A stretch of DNA of 58,850 nt from Solirubrobacteraceae bacterium (GCA_036559185.1 DATBTP010000155.1:1-58850), one strand, 5' to 3'; positions 46,151 through 55,864 are shown, counted from the stretch's first letter. Numbers and translations: made by a program. The notes: generated from the sequence alone by a model not told the origin.

Positions 46151-49100
46151 CTATGGGCCGCCGATGAGCTCTCCGGACGTGCGCTCGATGTTCGGCAATG
46201 TGCGGTCGAGCCAGCCAGGTATCCACCATACGCGCGGTCCCACCGCGCGCATGACCGCCGGCAGCAGCACGAGTCTTACGATCGTCGCGTCGAGCACTAC
46301 CGCGATCGTGAGTCCTACACCAAACTGGCGCAACGGGATCACGTCGGCTCCGGCAAACGCGAGGAAGACCGCGGTCATGATCGCGGCAGATCCAGTGATC
46401 ACGCCCGCGGTGTGGCGGAGTCCGTAGCGGATCGCGCCCTCGGAATCGCTGGTGGCGAGCCACTGCTCGCGCATCCGCGTCAACAGGAACACCTCGTAGT
46501 CGATCGACAGCACGAACATGATCGAGAGGATGCCCGCGCCCGAGGCAGCGTCGATGTAGCCGGGGCCACCGAGCACGTGCTCCTCGGTGAGCAGCTCCAA
46601 CGCTCCGAGCGCGACCGCGATCGTCGCGAGATTCAAGGCGACCGCGATCAGCGGCAAGAGCAGCGCCCTCAGGACCACGATCAAAGTGAGTACTGCAACT
46701 ATCGCCAGCGCGAGCACCAGCCATGGGACACGAGCGGTGTTGGCGTTCTTGTAGTCGAGCAGGTACTGCGCCCCCTGGCCGACCTCGACGCTGCCGCCGG
46801 TGGCGGCGGCAAGCGAGGGGAGGCTACGGCGCAGCCTGCTGCTGAGAGCCGCTGTCGCCGGGGCGCCGGGTGCGCTGGAAGGGACCACAATGATGCGTGC
46901 GGCCTGTCCTCCACCGTCGACGTTGACGAGCTGAGCGACCTGTTCACGCATGGGTGACACCGTCCCGTCGAGTGCAGTGAGCACGAGGTAGCCGGAGTCG
47001 ACCGCGTTCGGGGCATCGGCGTGCAGCAGCCGGCTGTCCTGCTGGTAGCCGCGCAGCTTCGTCGCGTAGCTCTGAAGCGGCCCTTGCGCTTGGCCGAGCC
47101 CGCCCGCGAGCGCTCCGGTACGGCCTTCGGCGGCTGAGAGCCCGTCCGCGAGCTTGGCATCGCCAACGACGAGCTTGCCGAGCCCATTCGCGAGTCGCGC
47201 GTTGCCGGCCGCGAGATCGCCGAGCCCACCCGCCAGCCGGTCGTCACCGCTTGAGAGCTTGCCGAGCCCGTTCGCGAGTCGGGTGTTGGCGCCCGAGAGC
47301 TTGCCAAGCCCGCTCGCCAGCTGTGCGTTGCCGTCTGAGAGCTTCCCGAGTCCGTCGGCGAGCCGACCCGCTCCGCCACTCAGTCCGGTGAGCCCCCCGT
47401 TGAGGGTGTGTCCGCCCTCGGCCAAGCGTTGCAGAGCCGAATGGAGCGTGACCGCGCCTTCTTCAGATTCCCGTATGCCAGTGGCGAGGCCGTCAGCGCC
47501 CGAGCGCAGTCGGTCGAGACCCGTGGTCAGCTGTGATAGCTCGGCCGGCAGATTCGCTAGACCTTCCACGCCTCCAAGCAGTTGTTGCTGGATGCGGGCA
47601 AGCCGTGAGAGGCCGCCCTGTTCCATCAGTTGCGTGACCGCGACGAGATCCTGGGCGAGCGCCTGATAGCGAGGGTCTTCACGCCCGACGGTCATCGCGT
47701 CGAGTTCGCGAGTGGCGTCGCTCATGCGCGTGCGCATCTGTTCGTCGGAGGCTCGTAGCGCAGCGATCCACCCGGCCCAACCGTGGAGCTCTTTGGCGAG
47801 CAGATCGATCGGCGCGAGCACAGCATGGACGGTGTTGTCGAACGTGTCCATGCCTTGCGCAAGCTGCGCGGCGCCGGTCGTGATCTGACCGTCGGAGGTG
47901 GCGAGGCGTTCGGCGCCGGCTGAGGCTTCGTCGATCCCATCGGCGAGTTGTGCCGATCCGGTCGCTGCTCGGGCAAGGCCGGTCTGCAGCTGCTTCGCGC
48001 CGTTGCCGGTCTGGCCGGTTTCGCTCGCCAGTCGCCTGGCGCCGGCGTGGGCGCGACCCGTTTCGCCTGCCAGCCGCTTGGCGCCGGCGTGGGCGCGACT
48101 CGTTTCGGCGGCGAGTCGTTGCGCGCCCGCGTGTGCTCGGCTCGTTTCGCCTCCCAGCAGTTGCGTCCAGTTCTGGACGCTTCTGCCACCGGCATCGAGC
48201 GATCTCGCGCCGCTCGCGGCAGAGGCCAGCCCGCCGCGCAGTTCCGCGACCCCGTCGCCAGCGCGGGTCAGTCCTGAGCGCAGGCCTGCGATCCCACGCT
48301 GTGCGCCTTCCAGGCGCTTGGGCGCGGAGAGGAGCGCGGCGTGTGCTTGTGCGAGCTTGTCCCGCGCGCCCGCGACGGAAGCCGGGCCGAGCACCGTCGC
48401 GACGTCGGGTGAGCCGGCGATTGCTTCCTGCCACTTCATCAGCGCTCGCAGGCGTTGTGGGGTGGTGATCGCGCCGTAGCGGGCACTCGCGACGATCACA
48501 AACGGCGCCGACCAGCCGGGGCCGATCGTGCGTTCCACCATCCGTACCGCCTGGCGCGCGGGACTGGAGGCGGGGAGCTCGGCGGCGTCGGGCGGGCCCA
48601 TGCGTAGCGCTACCGCGGGCGCCGCCAAGGCCATCATCCCGGCGAGGATCAGTGGGACCGTGATCGCGGGGTGGGCGATCAGGCGTTCTGCGAGCGCGCC
48701 CAGGCCACCGTGCCGGCCATTGCTGTGGGAGCGAGAAAGCCGTATCTCACAGCGGTTCAGGCGCGGGCCGAGCACGCGCAGCAGCGCCGGCATAGCGCTC
48801 AGCGCCAAGGCGACGCTCAGCAGACCTGAGATAACGACCCCGATCGCAACCGGTCCGAGCAAGCCCGGAGTGGCGACTGCGCTCGCCGCGAGCATCGTCA
48901 GCGCGAGCGTGCCTCCGGCTGAGGCGATCGTGCGCCCGGCAAGCCTGGAGGCGATCGCCACGGCCTCCTCGTAGTCCCATCCGTCTGCCAACTCCTGGCG
49001 CACGCGGGAGACCATCAGCAGCGCATAGTCGACGCCGAGTGCAAGGCTCATCATCGCGGCGATCGCGACTCCAAGCGAGTTGATCGGCGTGACGAAGCTT

Positions 49101-49759
49101 GCCAGCCACAGCAGCCCATGCCCCGCCATGACCGTCGCGCCGCCCATCGCGAGGGGCACCGCGGCCGCCACCGGCGAGCGGAAGACCAGCAGCAGCACGA
49201 GGATCAAGACCGGCAGCGCGATCAGCTCTGCATGTACGGTGTCGGACATCGTGGCTTCCTGGAGGGCACGTCCGATCACAGCTACGCCGGTTAGATAGGT
49301 GTGGACCGGCGCGTGAATGGTTCGAGTGAGGATTGCTTCGGTGCTCGGCACCACCGCCATCGCGCCACTTGGGGGCCGGATGTAGTTCACGAGCACAAAC
49401 GCGGCGCCGGGCTGCGGGCGCAGCGAGCTCATCGTGCTTCCTTGGTCCCATGGCGAGAGCACCTGGACCTGGCTGATGCCTCGCAACTCCGACACCAGCT
49501 GGCGCCCTTGGGTGTCAACCTGCGCGGGCGGGCCCTTGAGCAGGATCGCTATCGGGATCGTGTTGCCGAACCTGGCGCGCAACATCGCTTCGGCTCGCGA
49601 GGAGGGCGTCCCCGGCACCTCCAAGGACATCGGCGCCAACCGTCCGGCGATGCCCGTGCCGAGCAACGCGAGCAACGCGATCGCCACCGCCCACGCGATG
49701 AGAGTCGACCACGACCCCCGCGTCGAGACGGCTTTGCCCGGTTCACGCAGTTGAGTCAC
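46151..49759 (-). CDS. MMPL/RND transporter with a long heptad-repeat (YhgE/Pip-like) insertion
   Basis: LGVDYAL and LSIDYEVF motifs; central helical insert with 14-aa repeats ETSRAHAGAQRLAA and GLGKLSxGNxRLAx. Confidence 0.9.
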   Translation of the reverse strand: MTQLREPGKAVSTRGSWSTLIAWAVAIALLALLGTGIAGRLAPMSLEVPGTPSSRAEAMLRARFGNTIPIAILLKGPPAQVDTQGRQLVSELRGISQVQVLSPWDQGSTMSSLRPQPGAAFVLVNYIRPPSGAMAVVPSTEAILTRTIHAPVHTYLTGVAVIGRALQEATMSDTVHAELIALPVLILVLLLVFRSPVAAAVPLAMGGATVMAGHGLLWLASFVTPINSLGVAIAAMMSLALGVDYALLMVSRVRQELADGWDYEEAVAIASRLAGRTIASAGGTLALTMLAASAVATPGLLGPVAIGVVISGLLSVALALSAMPALLRVLGPRLNRCEIRLSRSHSNGRHGGLGALAERLIAHPAITVPLILAGMMALAAPAVALRMGPPDAAELPASSPARQAVRMVERTIGPGWSAPFVIVASARYGAITTPQRLRALMKWQEAIAGSPDVATVLGPASVAGARDKLAQAHAALLSAPKRLEGAQRGIAGLRSGLTRAGDGVAELRGGLASAASGARSLDAGGRSVQNWTQLLGGETSRAHAGAQRLAAETSRAHAGAKRLAGETGRAHAGARRLASETGQTGNGAKQLQTGLARAATGSAQLADGIDEASAGAERLATSDGQITTGAAQLAQGMDTFDNTVHAVLAPIDLLAKELHGWAGWIAALRASDEQMRTRMSDATRELDAMTVGREDPRYQALAQDLVAVTQLMEQGGLSRLARIQQQLLGGVEGLANLPAELSQLTTGLDRLRSGADGLATGIRESEEGAVTLHSALQRLAEGGHTLNGGLTGLSGGAGRLADGLGKLSDGNAQLASGLGKLSGANTRLANGLGKLSSGDDRLAGGLGDLAAGNARLANGLGKLVVGDAKLADGLSAAEGRTGALAGGLGQAQGPLQSYATKLRGYQQDSRLLHADAPNAVDSGYLVLTALDGTVSPMREQVAQLVNVDGGGQAARIIVVPSSAPGAPATAALSSRLRRSLPSLAAATGGSVEVGQGAQYLLDYKNANTARVPWLVLALAIVAVLTLIVVLRALLLPLIAVALNLATIAVALGALELLTEEHVLGGPGYIDAASGAGILSIMFVLSIDYEVFLLTRMREQWLATSDSEGAIRYGLRHTAGVITGSAAIMTAVFLAFAGADVIPLRQFGVGLTIAVVLDATIVRLVLLPAVMRAVGPRVWWIPGWLDRTLPNIERTSGELIGGP

Positions 49760-49780
49760 GCAACCTCCGCTGGGTCGATA

Positions 49781-49850
49781 CTATGACCCTAGATAATGTA
49801 TCATAGATTGACGATACGTTGGACTGTGTACCATCCGAATCGGATACGAT
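49781..49850. promoter_or_regulatory. Divergent promoter region with two dyads (candidate MerR operators)
   Basis: CTATGA-N14-TCATAG (49781-49806) and ATCCGA-A-TCGGAT (49833-49845); TACGAT box 6 nt before ATG 49857; AT-rich. Confidence 0.5.
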
Positions 49851-49856
49851 TGTTAG

Positions 49857-50618
49857 ATGGCGAGCAAGCGGCAAGCGACGCAAGTGAGCGAGCAGCGGCT
49901 GACAATTGACGAGCTGGCCCAGGCGACCGGGCTCACCGTGCGCAACGTGCGCAGCTACCAGTCGCGCGGGCTGATTCCCCCTCCGGAAGTTCGGGGGAGA
50001 GTCGGCTACTACAGCTCCGAGCACGTGGCGCGACTGCAGTTGATCGGCGAGATGCAGGCCCAGGGGTTCAACCTTGCGGCGATAGCTCACATGCTCGAGC
50101 GGGCGCGCGGATCGGGCGAGGAGGTGCTCGGCTTCACGCGCTCCCTGATGGCACCTTTCGAGACGGAGGCGCCGGAGATCGTCGAGCACGCCGATCTCGT
50201 GGAGCGCCTCGGCGGCGATGTCGCCCCGAAGCTGCTCACTAAGGCCCAGAAGCTCGGCCTCGTGATCCCGATCGACGAGAACTGCTTCGAAGTCCCCAGC
50301 CCGACCCTGCTCGCAGCCGGCGAGCGACTCGTTTCCCTGGGCGTGCCCCTGGATGCCGCGCTCGACACGATGGACCAGCTCAAACGGAACGCTCAGCGCA
50401 TCGCTCAGACGTTCGTGCAGATGTTCCTGGGGTTCATCTGGAAGCCATTCGACGACGCCGGACGGCCGGAGTCCGATTGGCCGGCCGTGCGAGCCGCGCT
50501 CGACCAGCTACGCCCACTCGCCTCCGAGACGCTTCTCGCCGGTTTCGCACCGACGATGACCCACGCGGTCGAGGTCGCGTTCGGCAAGGAGCTCGACCGC
50601 AGTCGCACACGCAAGTGA
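49857..50618 (+). CDS. MerR family transcriptional regulator
   Basis: LTIDELAQATGLTVRNVRSYQSRGLIPPP...GYYS.EH.ARL..I...QGFNL pattern. Confidence 0.92.
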   Translation: MASKRQATQVSEQRLTIDELAQATGLTVRNVRSYQSRGLIPPPEVRGRVGYYSSEHVARLQLIGEMQAQGFNLAAIAHMLERARGSGEEVLGFTRSLMAPFETEAPEIVEHADLVERLGGDVAPKLLTKAQKLGLVIPIDENCFEVPSPTLLAAGERLVSLGVPLDAALDTMDQLKRNAQRIAQTFVQMFLGFIWKPFDDAGRPESDWPAVRAALDQLRPLASETLLAGFAPTMTHAVEVAFGKELDRSRTRK

Positions 50619-50755
50619 GCAAGCGCAGCGAGTACCTCCGGATGCGACGCCGGGTGTTGTTTGTCGCGATAGAACCAGCGACTTGGCTCTCGCTGTTCCG
50701 GAGATCGCCTCAAAACGAGTACGCACGCGCCTGCGCTATACAGGCGATCGAGGCA

Positions 50756-50827
50756 TGGGCGCGGGTGGTTTCGAACCACCGACCTCTCGCGTGTGAAGCG
50801 AGCGCTCTCCCGCTGAGCTACGCGCCC
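50756..50827 (-). tRNA. tRNA-Val(CAC)
   Basis: GGGCGCG acceptor stem, TAGCTCAGC D-arm, CTCGC-TT-CAC-AC-GCGAG anticodon arm, GGTTCGAAACC T-arm. Confidence 0.96.
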
Positions 50828-50892
50828 TGGTAGAGCGATTCTATTGCGCTGCGGACACGTGGCGCTCGACGGCGCGAACCTGCGACCTGCGC

Positions 50893-51567
50893 CTACTTTT
50901 CTTCTGCCCCCGGCCCTGGGTGCGGCTCGAGCCTGACCAAAGGGCTCGAGTAGGCGGCGGCGAGCGAATCGATGCCGCTTTGTGTGAGCGAGACGCTGAA
51001 CGCCGAGGGCCCGCCGAGCCGCGTATAGCCTTCGAGGAGGTGCTTCCCCACGAGTGAGAGGTTGAAGTGGGAGTCATAGATGGCGTGGATGTAGAGCGGC
51101 GCGTTGGCGCGCTCGAAGCTCGCCACTGATGGCGCGCCGGTGGCGATGGCGGCGATTGTTGTTTCGGTGAGCCGCCAGCCCCGCTCGGCGAGGCGGTCGT
51201 AGCTTTCATAGAGTCCGGCAATTGCGGCCGCTGGCCCGGTCAGCTCTTGGGCGTTGGCCATGAAGGAGGGCGCGGGGAGCGCGTCGGCGCTTGCGCTCGC
51301 GCGAGTTACCGCGTCGCGCAGGTTCGCGTTCAGGGTAGCTGGCAGCCCGTCGGAGATGAGTGGCCAGACAGCGCGGGACGTCAGCACCTCGCGTTGTATC
51401 GGGAGCTCGACTTGGCGCAATCCGTCGCTCACCTGCACAAACTGTGCCCGCTGGAGCGCTAGTTCGCGGCGGCTGGAGACGTGCGTATCGGAGGCGCAAC
51501 TCGTGAGCGGCGCGAGGGCTGCGAGCGCCACCGCGAGGGCTAGGGCGGGAGCGGGGCGGCGGAGCAT
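50893..51567 (-). CDS. Hypothetical lipoprotein
   Basis: Signal peptide with an LTSC lipobox; helical mature region. Confidence 0.68.
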   Translation of the reverse strand: MLRRPAPALALAVALAALAPLTSCASDTHVSSRRELALQRAQFVQVSDGLRQVELPIQREVLTSRAVWPLISDGLPATLNANLRDAVTRASASADALPAPSFMANAQELTGPAAAIAGLYESYDRLAERGWRLTETTIAAIATGAPSVASFERANAPLYIHAIYDSHFNLSLVGKHLLEGYTRLGGPSAFSVSLTQSGIDSLAAAYSSPLVRLEPHPGPGAEEK

Positions 51568-51680
51568 GCGAGCTCCTGTGGTGGCGGTTGCGATGGAGTT
51601 AGGCCGAGCGAGGCCCGCTCTCGCGCCGCCCGTGCGGGCGGCGCGAAGAGCCTTGCCGCTGAAGAGCCTCGTTCTCAGCC

Positions 51681-52268
51681 CTAGACGCCGAGCAGGTCCA
51701 CCACGAACACGAGCGGCGCGTTCGCCGGGATGGTGGGCGGCGAGCCGGTCTTGCCGTAGGCTAGTTCGGCGGGGATGACGAGCTCACGCCGTCCACCCAC
51801 CTTCATGCCGGCGACGCCTTGGTCCCAGCCCTTGATGACCTGGCCCTTGCCGAGCGTGAACGTGAAGGGTTCGGAGCGCTTCCACGAGGCGTCGAACTCC
51901 TTACCCCCTTTGTAGAGCACGCCGACGTAGTTCACCGTCACCGACTGGCCGGCCTTCGCTTCGGGGCCCGTGCCTTTGATGAGTTCCTTGGTCACGAGTG
52001 TGGTGGGCGCCGCGCCGGTGGGCACCGCTACCTTCGGCTGCGTGGAGAGCGGCCCGCTGGTGGGCGTCTTGGCGGCCGTGGTAGGCGTGGTGCTCGTGGA
52101 CGTTGGCGTGGTTTCGCCTTTGGCGTGTGGCACTGAGCTCGCGTCGGACTCGTTGCCGACGGTGATCGAGCTGGATTCGCTGGACCCGCAGCCGGCTATG
52201 AGAGCGGCGGCGGCGAGCGTCGCGAGGGGAAGAGCTATGCGTGGGTTGAATAGTTTGGATGTCATCAC
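51681..52268 (-). CDS. FKBP-type peptidyl-prolyl isomerase lipoprotein
   Basis: IAGC lipobox; VTVNYVG, FDASW, VIKGWD, IPAELAYG and LVFVVDL motifs. Confidence 0.93.
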   Translation of the reverse strand: MMTSKLFNPRIALPLATLAAAALIAGCGSSESSSITVGNESDASSVPHAKGETTPTSTSTTPTTAAKTPTSGPLSTQPKVAVPTGAAPTTLVTKELIKGTGPEAKAGQSVTVNYVGVLYKGGKEFDASWKRSEPFTFTLGKGQVIKGWDQGVAGMKVGGRRELVIPAELAYGKTGSPPTIPANAPLVFVVDLLGV

Positions 52269-52316
52269 GGCTGGGCAGCCTAACGCATCCGGACACGTTC
52301 GCGCTACGATCGACGC

Positions 52317-52590
52317 GGACCGTGCTAGGCGGGGATGTAGCGGCGCCCTGAATCCGCAATCCGCTCTAGCGGGGCTGAATTCCTCTCCGAGGGGCTCCGC
52401 TCCGGTCGTCCCGCCGCGCTGGGGCGTCGATGGTTCGGGTCCCGCGCGGTGTCGGCTCGTGAACCAGGTCAGGTCCGGAAGGAAGCAGCCTTAAGCGATA
52501 ACTGGCAGGCGCAGCGGGAGCACCCGATCCGGAGCTACTGGCGGCGACAGGCGATCGGAGGCTGGAACAACGACGGGGGGTGCACGGTCC
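52317..52590 (+). ncRNA. ffs: Signal recognition particle RNA, large Alu-domain-containing type
   Basis: Helix-8 motif CAGGTCCGGAAGGAAGCAG. The 5' end CCGTGCTAGGCGGGGATGTAGCGGCGCCCTG..GCAATCCGCTCTAGC resembles Bacillus scRNA. Ends pair (GGACCGTGC/GCACGGTCC), and a TACGAT -10 box lies 6 nt upstream. Confidence 0.93.
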
Positions 52591-52668
52591 TTGTCTTGAT
52601 CTGCGCCGCAAACGATCCCACCTAACGGGCCCGCGGCGCGACTTGGTAGCTGTCGATAAAGCCGCTCT

Positions 52669-54093
52669 TCAGCCGCAATGCTCGAAGAGAAGCCAGGAAC
52701 GGTTGGCTTGCGCCGCGGTGAAACCTGGAGGGATGGAAACAGTGGCGTGCGGGTCGCTGGGATCGAGCACGTAAACGCGTTCGACTTCGCCGCTGGCGGG
52801 GTCGACGTACGTGCCGGTCGCAATCGGTTTGGCTTCGGCGCTCACCACCAGAGATGGGCGCGTGTTCAGGTATAGCGCCAGCAGCGGGATGGGCGCGTGG
52901 TTGGGCACTCCCACGGGACCGCACCCGAGCGCTATGGCTTTGCTGTGGACGAGCGAGAGCAGATCGTCTTGGATGCTTTCCTGGCGCGCGAGGTTGCTGA
53001 GCTCCTTGTGGGCTGAGCTCACCTGCCCCGGAAGCGTGGCTATGAGCGCGAGGAGGACCACCGCACCCGCGGCCATCCACGGTTGCCGGCGGCGATCGCC
53101 TCGGGGTAGCGCGCTCCACCCGAACACACCGGCGCCGCAGAACACGCACAGGATGGCGCCGGCGAGGAAGGCATAGCGGGTGTCGATGGGCAGGCCCGCG
53201 GTGGCCATCGCCGCGAACACCACTACCGCCGCGATACCGGCGGCGACGGCAAGGCTGGCCCGCTGACGCAGCCACAACAGCGAGAGCACACCGCCTAGCG
53301 CCGCCCCGGCTAGGACCGCGGGGCGCAACACCTCGCCGACGCGCCGCGGGATGTATTCGGGCACGTTCCCGATACCGGTCGCTCGGTGGAGTGTGGTGGC
53401 GGTGTGTTTGGTGTTGGTGAGCGACCACATCGCGTTGCCGGTTACGAGCAGATCGCTGAGTACCCACACGAGGGGCGCCGCGGCGGCGAGCAGCGCAAGC
53501 CGGGCAAGCTGTTGACGCGTGCGCGAGGGGTAGGAGCGCCTGGAGCAGACGAGCAGGTAGAGCCAGTAGACGGCGGAGAAGGCCCACGCCTCCGGACGCA
53601 ACAGCCCGGCGAGCGCCAGCAGTGCGAGCACTGGCGCTCCCGCGCGGCGCCTGCGCGTCTCCACCAGCAGGGCGCAGAGCACGAGCAGCGTGTAAGGGAT
53701 GTCTACGTAGGCGCGCACTCCGTAGGAGAGCACCGGCACGCGGGTTAGCAGGACGAGCGTCGCCACCACGCCGACGGCGCGACCGAACCAGGCGCGCCCG
53801 AGCTGGTAGAGCACCCATCCGCACGCCGACAGGCAGAGGAACGCGAGCGCCACCGCAACCGCTGTGGTGGCACTCGCGCCGAGCGGCGCGAGTGCCACCC
53901 CAAGCGCCTCCACCAACGGATGGGGGGTGGGCGCGATGGGAAGCCCATATTGGGGGACTTCACCGCGCGATAGCTGCTGGCCCCACACGAGCCCGTAGAG
54001 GGTGTCGTAGTTGACAAACCCCACGCCCGCGACCAACCACAGCACGGCGGCGCCCGCCGCGATCGCGAGCGATGCTCTGACGGTGGGCTTCAC
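52669..54093 (-). CDS. Polytopic membrane protein, probable GT-C (PMT/GT39-like) glycosyltransferase
   Basis: NYD motif after the first TM, PTPHPL, YVDIPY and LLRPEAW motifs, many TMs. Start uncertain (GTG 54093 or 54144). Confidence 0.62.
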   Translation of the reverse strand: MKPTVRASLAIAAGAAVLWLVAGVGFVNYDTLYGLVWGQQLSRGEVPQYGLPIAPTPHPLVEALGVALAPLGASATTAVAVALAFLCLSACGWVLYQLGRAWFGRAVGVVATLVLLTRVPVLSYGVRAYVDIPYTLLVLCALLVETRRRRAGAPVLALLALAGLLRPEAWAFSAVYWLYLLVCSRRSYPSRTRQQLARLALLAAAAPLVWVLSDLLVTGNAMWSLTNTKHTATTLHRATGIGNVPEYIPRRVGEVLRPAVLAGAALGGVLSLLWLRQRASLAVAAGIAAVVVFAAMATAGLPIDTRYAFLAGAILCVFCGAGVFGWSALPRGDRRRQPWMAAGAVVLLALIATLPGQVSSAHKELSNLARQESIQDDLLSLVHSKAIALGCGPVGVPNHAPIPLLALYLNTRPSLVVSAEAKPIATGTYVDPASGEVERVYVLDPSDPHATVSIPPGFTAAQANRSWLLFEHCG

Positions 54094-54145
54094 AGCCGCG
54101 CACGCTATCTGAGCGGGCCGCGGCCGGGGATAGACTGGCTTCACT

Positions 54146-55864
54146 GTGGCCGCCGGCGCGCAATCGCTCTATCGCAAACACCGTCCCCGCACGTTCGCCG
54201 ACGTAGTGGGGCAGGAGCCGGTGGTGCGCACCCTGCGCCACGCGGTGGAACGCGGGCAGGTGCACCACGCATACCTGTTCGTGGGCTCGCGCGGGACCGG
54301 CAAGACATCGATGGCGAAGATCCTCGCCTCCTGTTTGAACTGCGAGCGTGGGCCAACAGTGGAGCCGTGCGGAGTATGCGATTCGTGTCGCTCGATCGCG
54401 GGCGCCACCTCGCTTGACGTGATCGAGATGGACGCGGCGTCGAACAACTCCGTGGAGGACATCCGCGAACTGCGCGAGAGCGTGGTGTTCGCGCCGGTGT
54501 CGGGACGCCACAAGGTGTACATCCTCGACGAGGCCCACATGCTCTCCCAGGCGGCGTGGAACGCGTTCCTCAAGACCCTGGAGGAGCCGCCGCCGAACAC
54601 GGTGTTCGTGCTCGCCACGACCGAGGCGCAGAAGGTGCCGGCGACCGTGGTGGATCGCTGCCATCGCTTCGACTTCCACCGCCCCACCGTGGAGCAGATA
54701 GCGAGCGTGCTGCGGCGAGCGGCGGCGGCCGAGTCGATCGAGATACCGCCGGAGGCGATGGCGGCGATAGCGCGCTCCGCCACGGGAAGCTTTCGCGACG
54801 CGCTGGGCACGCTGGAGCAGTTGCTCACCTATAGCGGCTCCCAGATAGCGCTCGAGGACGTGCTGGCTGTGCTGGGCGTGGCGGACGAGCAGTTGCTCAG
54901 CGATGCCTTCGACGCGGTGCAGAAGGGTGATGCGCGGGGCGCGCTGCTCACCATCGCCCGCTGCCTAGAGGGCGGTCGCGACGCCGGCTCGTTCACGCGT
55001 GACCTGGAGGGAAGGGCGCGGGAGCTGCTGGTTGTGCAGACGTTGGGGGAGGTGCCGGCCGAGCTCTCGCTCACGAGCGAGATCGACGAGCGTCTGTCCT
55101 CCCAGGCGCAAAGGATCGGCGCGGGCGAGGTGGTGCGCCTGCTGGATCTGCTCGGCGCAGCCTTGGAGAGCGTGAGAGCGGGCGCCGACCCCCGCACGCA
55201 GCTCGAGCTGGCGCTCGTGAAGGCCGCCACACCACGCGCCGACGGCTCCACCCGCGCCCTGCTCGCGCGTATCGAGCGGCTGGAGCAGGCGCTCGGGGCG
55301 GGCGCGCCAGCGTCTTTGGCCGACGCTCCCTCGCCACCGCCTGTTTCCGAGCCCTCGCCCTCTCCGCCTGCTCCGCCTGCAGAGGTGCCCGCGGAGCAGT
55401 CCCTCGCGGAGCAAGCCCTCGCGGAGCAAGCCCTCGCGGAGCAAGGCCTCGCGGAGCAGGCGCCTGCGGAGCATGCCCCGCTGAACGGCGATCTCGGCGA
55501 CCTCTGGCCGGCGGCACACGAGTCGATTCGCTCCGAACACGAACTGCTCGGCGCCGTCTTCAACGAGGCGGTCCCGATCGTCCTCACAGAGGACGAGCTG
55601 ACACTCGCCTTCCCGACCACGGCCAGCTTTCACAAGCGCAAGGCGGAGGACCCCGCCAGCCGCGCGACGCTGATCGAAACGTTGCGACGTCTCACCGGCA
55701 GGAGCTACCGCGTCGCATTCGAGCTCTCCGAAGAGCTCCCTTCGCAGGCAGGCAACGGGGGCGCTCCCCCAACCGAGGAGGAGATCATGGCGCGGCTCAT
55801 CGCGGAGCTCGACGCCGAGGAGCTTCCCGAGGATTGGCTTCAACAGCAGAAAGGCGACGAATAG
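54146..55864 (+). CDS. dnaX: DNA polymerase III subunit gamma/tau
   Basis: LYRKHRP.TF.DVVGQ, GSRGTGKTS, Cys4 zinc site, DEAH and LKTLEEPP motifs. Confidence 0.97.
   Translation: MAAGAQSLYRKHRPRTFADVVGQEPVVRTLRHAVERGQVHHAYLFVGSRGTGKTSMAKILASCLNCERGPTVEPCGVCDSCRSIAGATSLDVIEMDAASNNSVEDIRELRESVVFAPVSGRHKVYILDEAHMLSQAAWNAFLKTLEEPPPNTVFVLATTEAQKVPATVVDRCHRFDFHRPTVEQIASVLRRAAAAESIEIPPEAMAAIARSATGSFRDALGTLEQLLTYSGSQIALEDVLAVLGVADEQLLSDAFDAVQKGDARGALLTIARCLEGGRDAGSFTRDLEGRARELLVVQTLGEVPAELSLTSEIDERLSSQAQRIGAGEVVRLLDLLGAALESVRAGADPRTQLELALVKAATPRADGSTRALLARIERLEQALGAGAPASLADAPSPPPVSEPSPSPPAPPAEVPAEQSLAEQALAEQALAEQGLAEQAPAEHAPLNGDLGDLWPAAHESIRSEHELLGAVFNEAVPIVLTEDELTLAFPTTASFHKRKAEDPASRATLIETLRRLTGRSYRVAFELSEELPSQAGNGGAPPTEEEIMARLIAELDAEELPEDWLQQQKGDE
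55391..55480 (+). repeat. Six 15-bp in-frame repeats in the dnaX linker
   Basis: Encodes AEQSL-AEQAL-AEQAL-AEQGL-AEQAP-AEHAP. Confidence 0.9.

Noticed and set aside
16474-50827. Intact prophage or integrative element between the tRNAs
   Set aside because: No integrase, phage or conjugation genes, and no duplicated tRNA 3' end found by eye.
54146-55864. Programmed -1 frameshift or slippage site producing the gamma subunit
   Set aside because: No A AAA AAG heptamer or long A run was seen.
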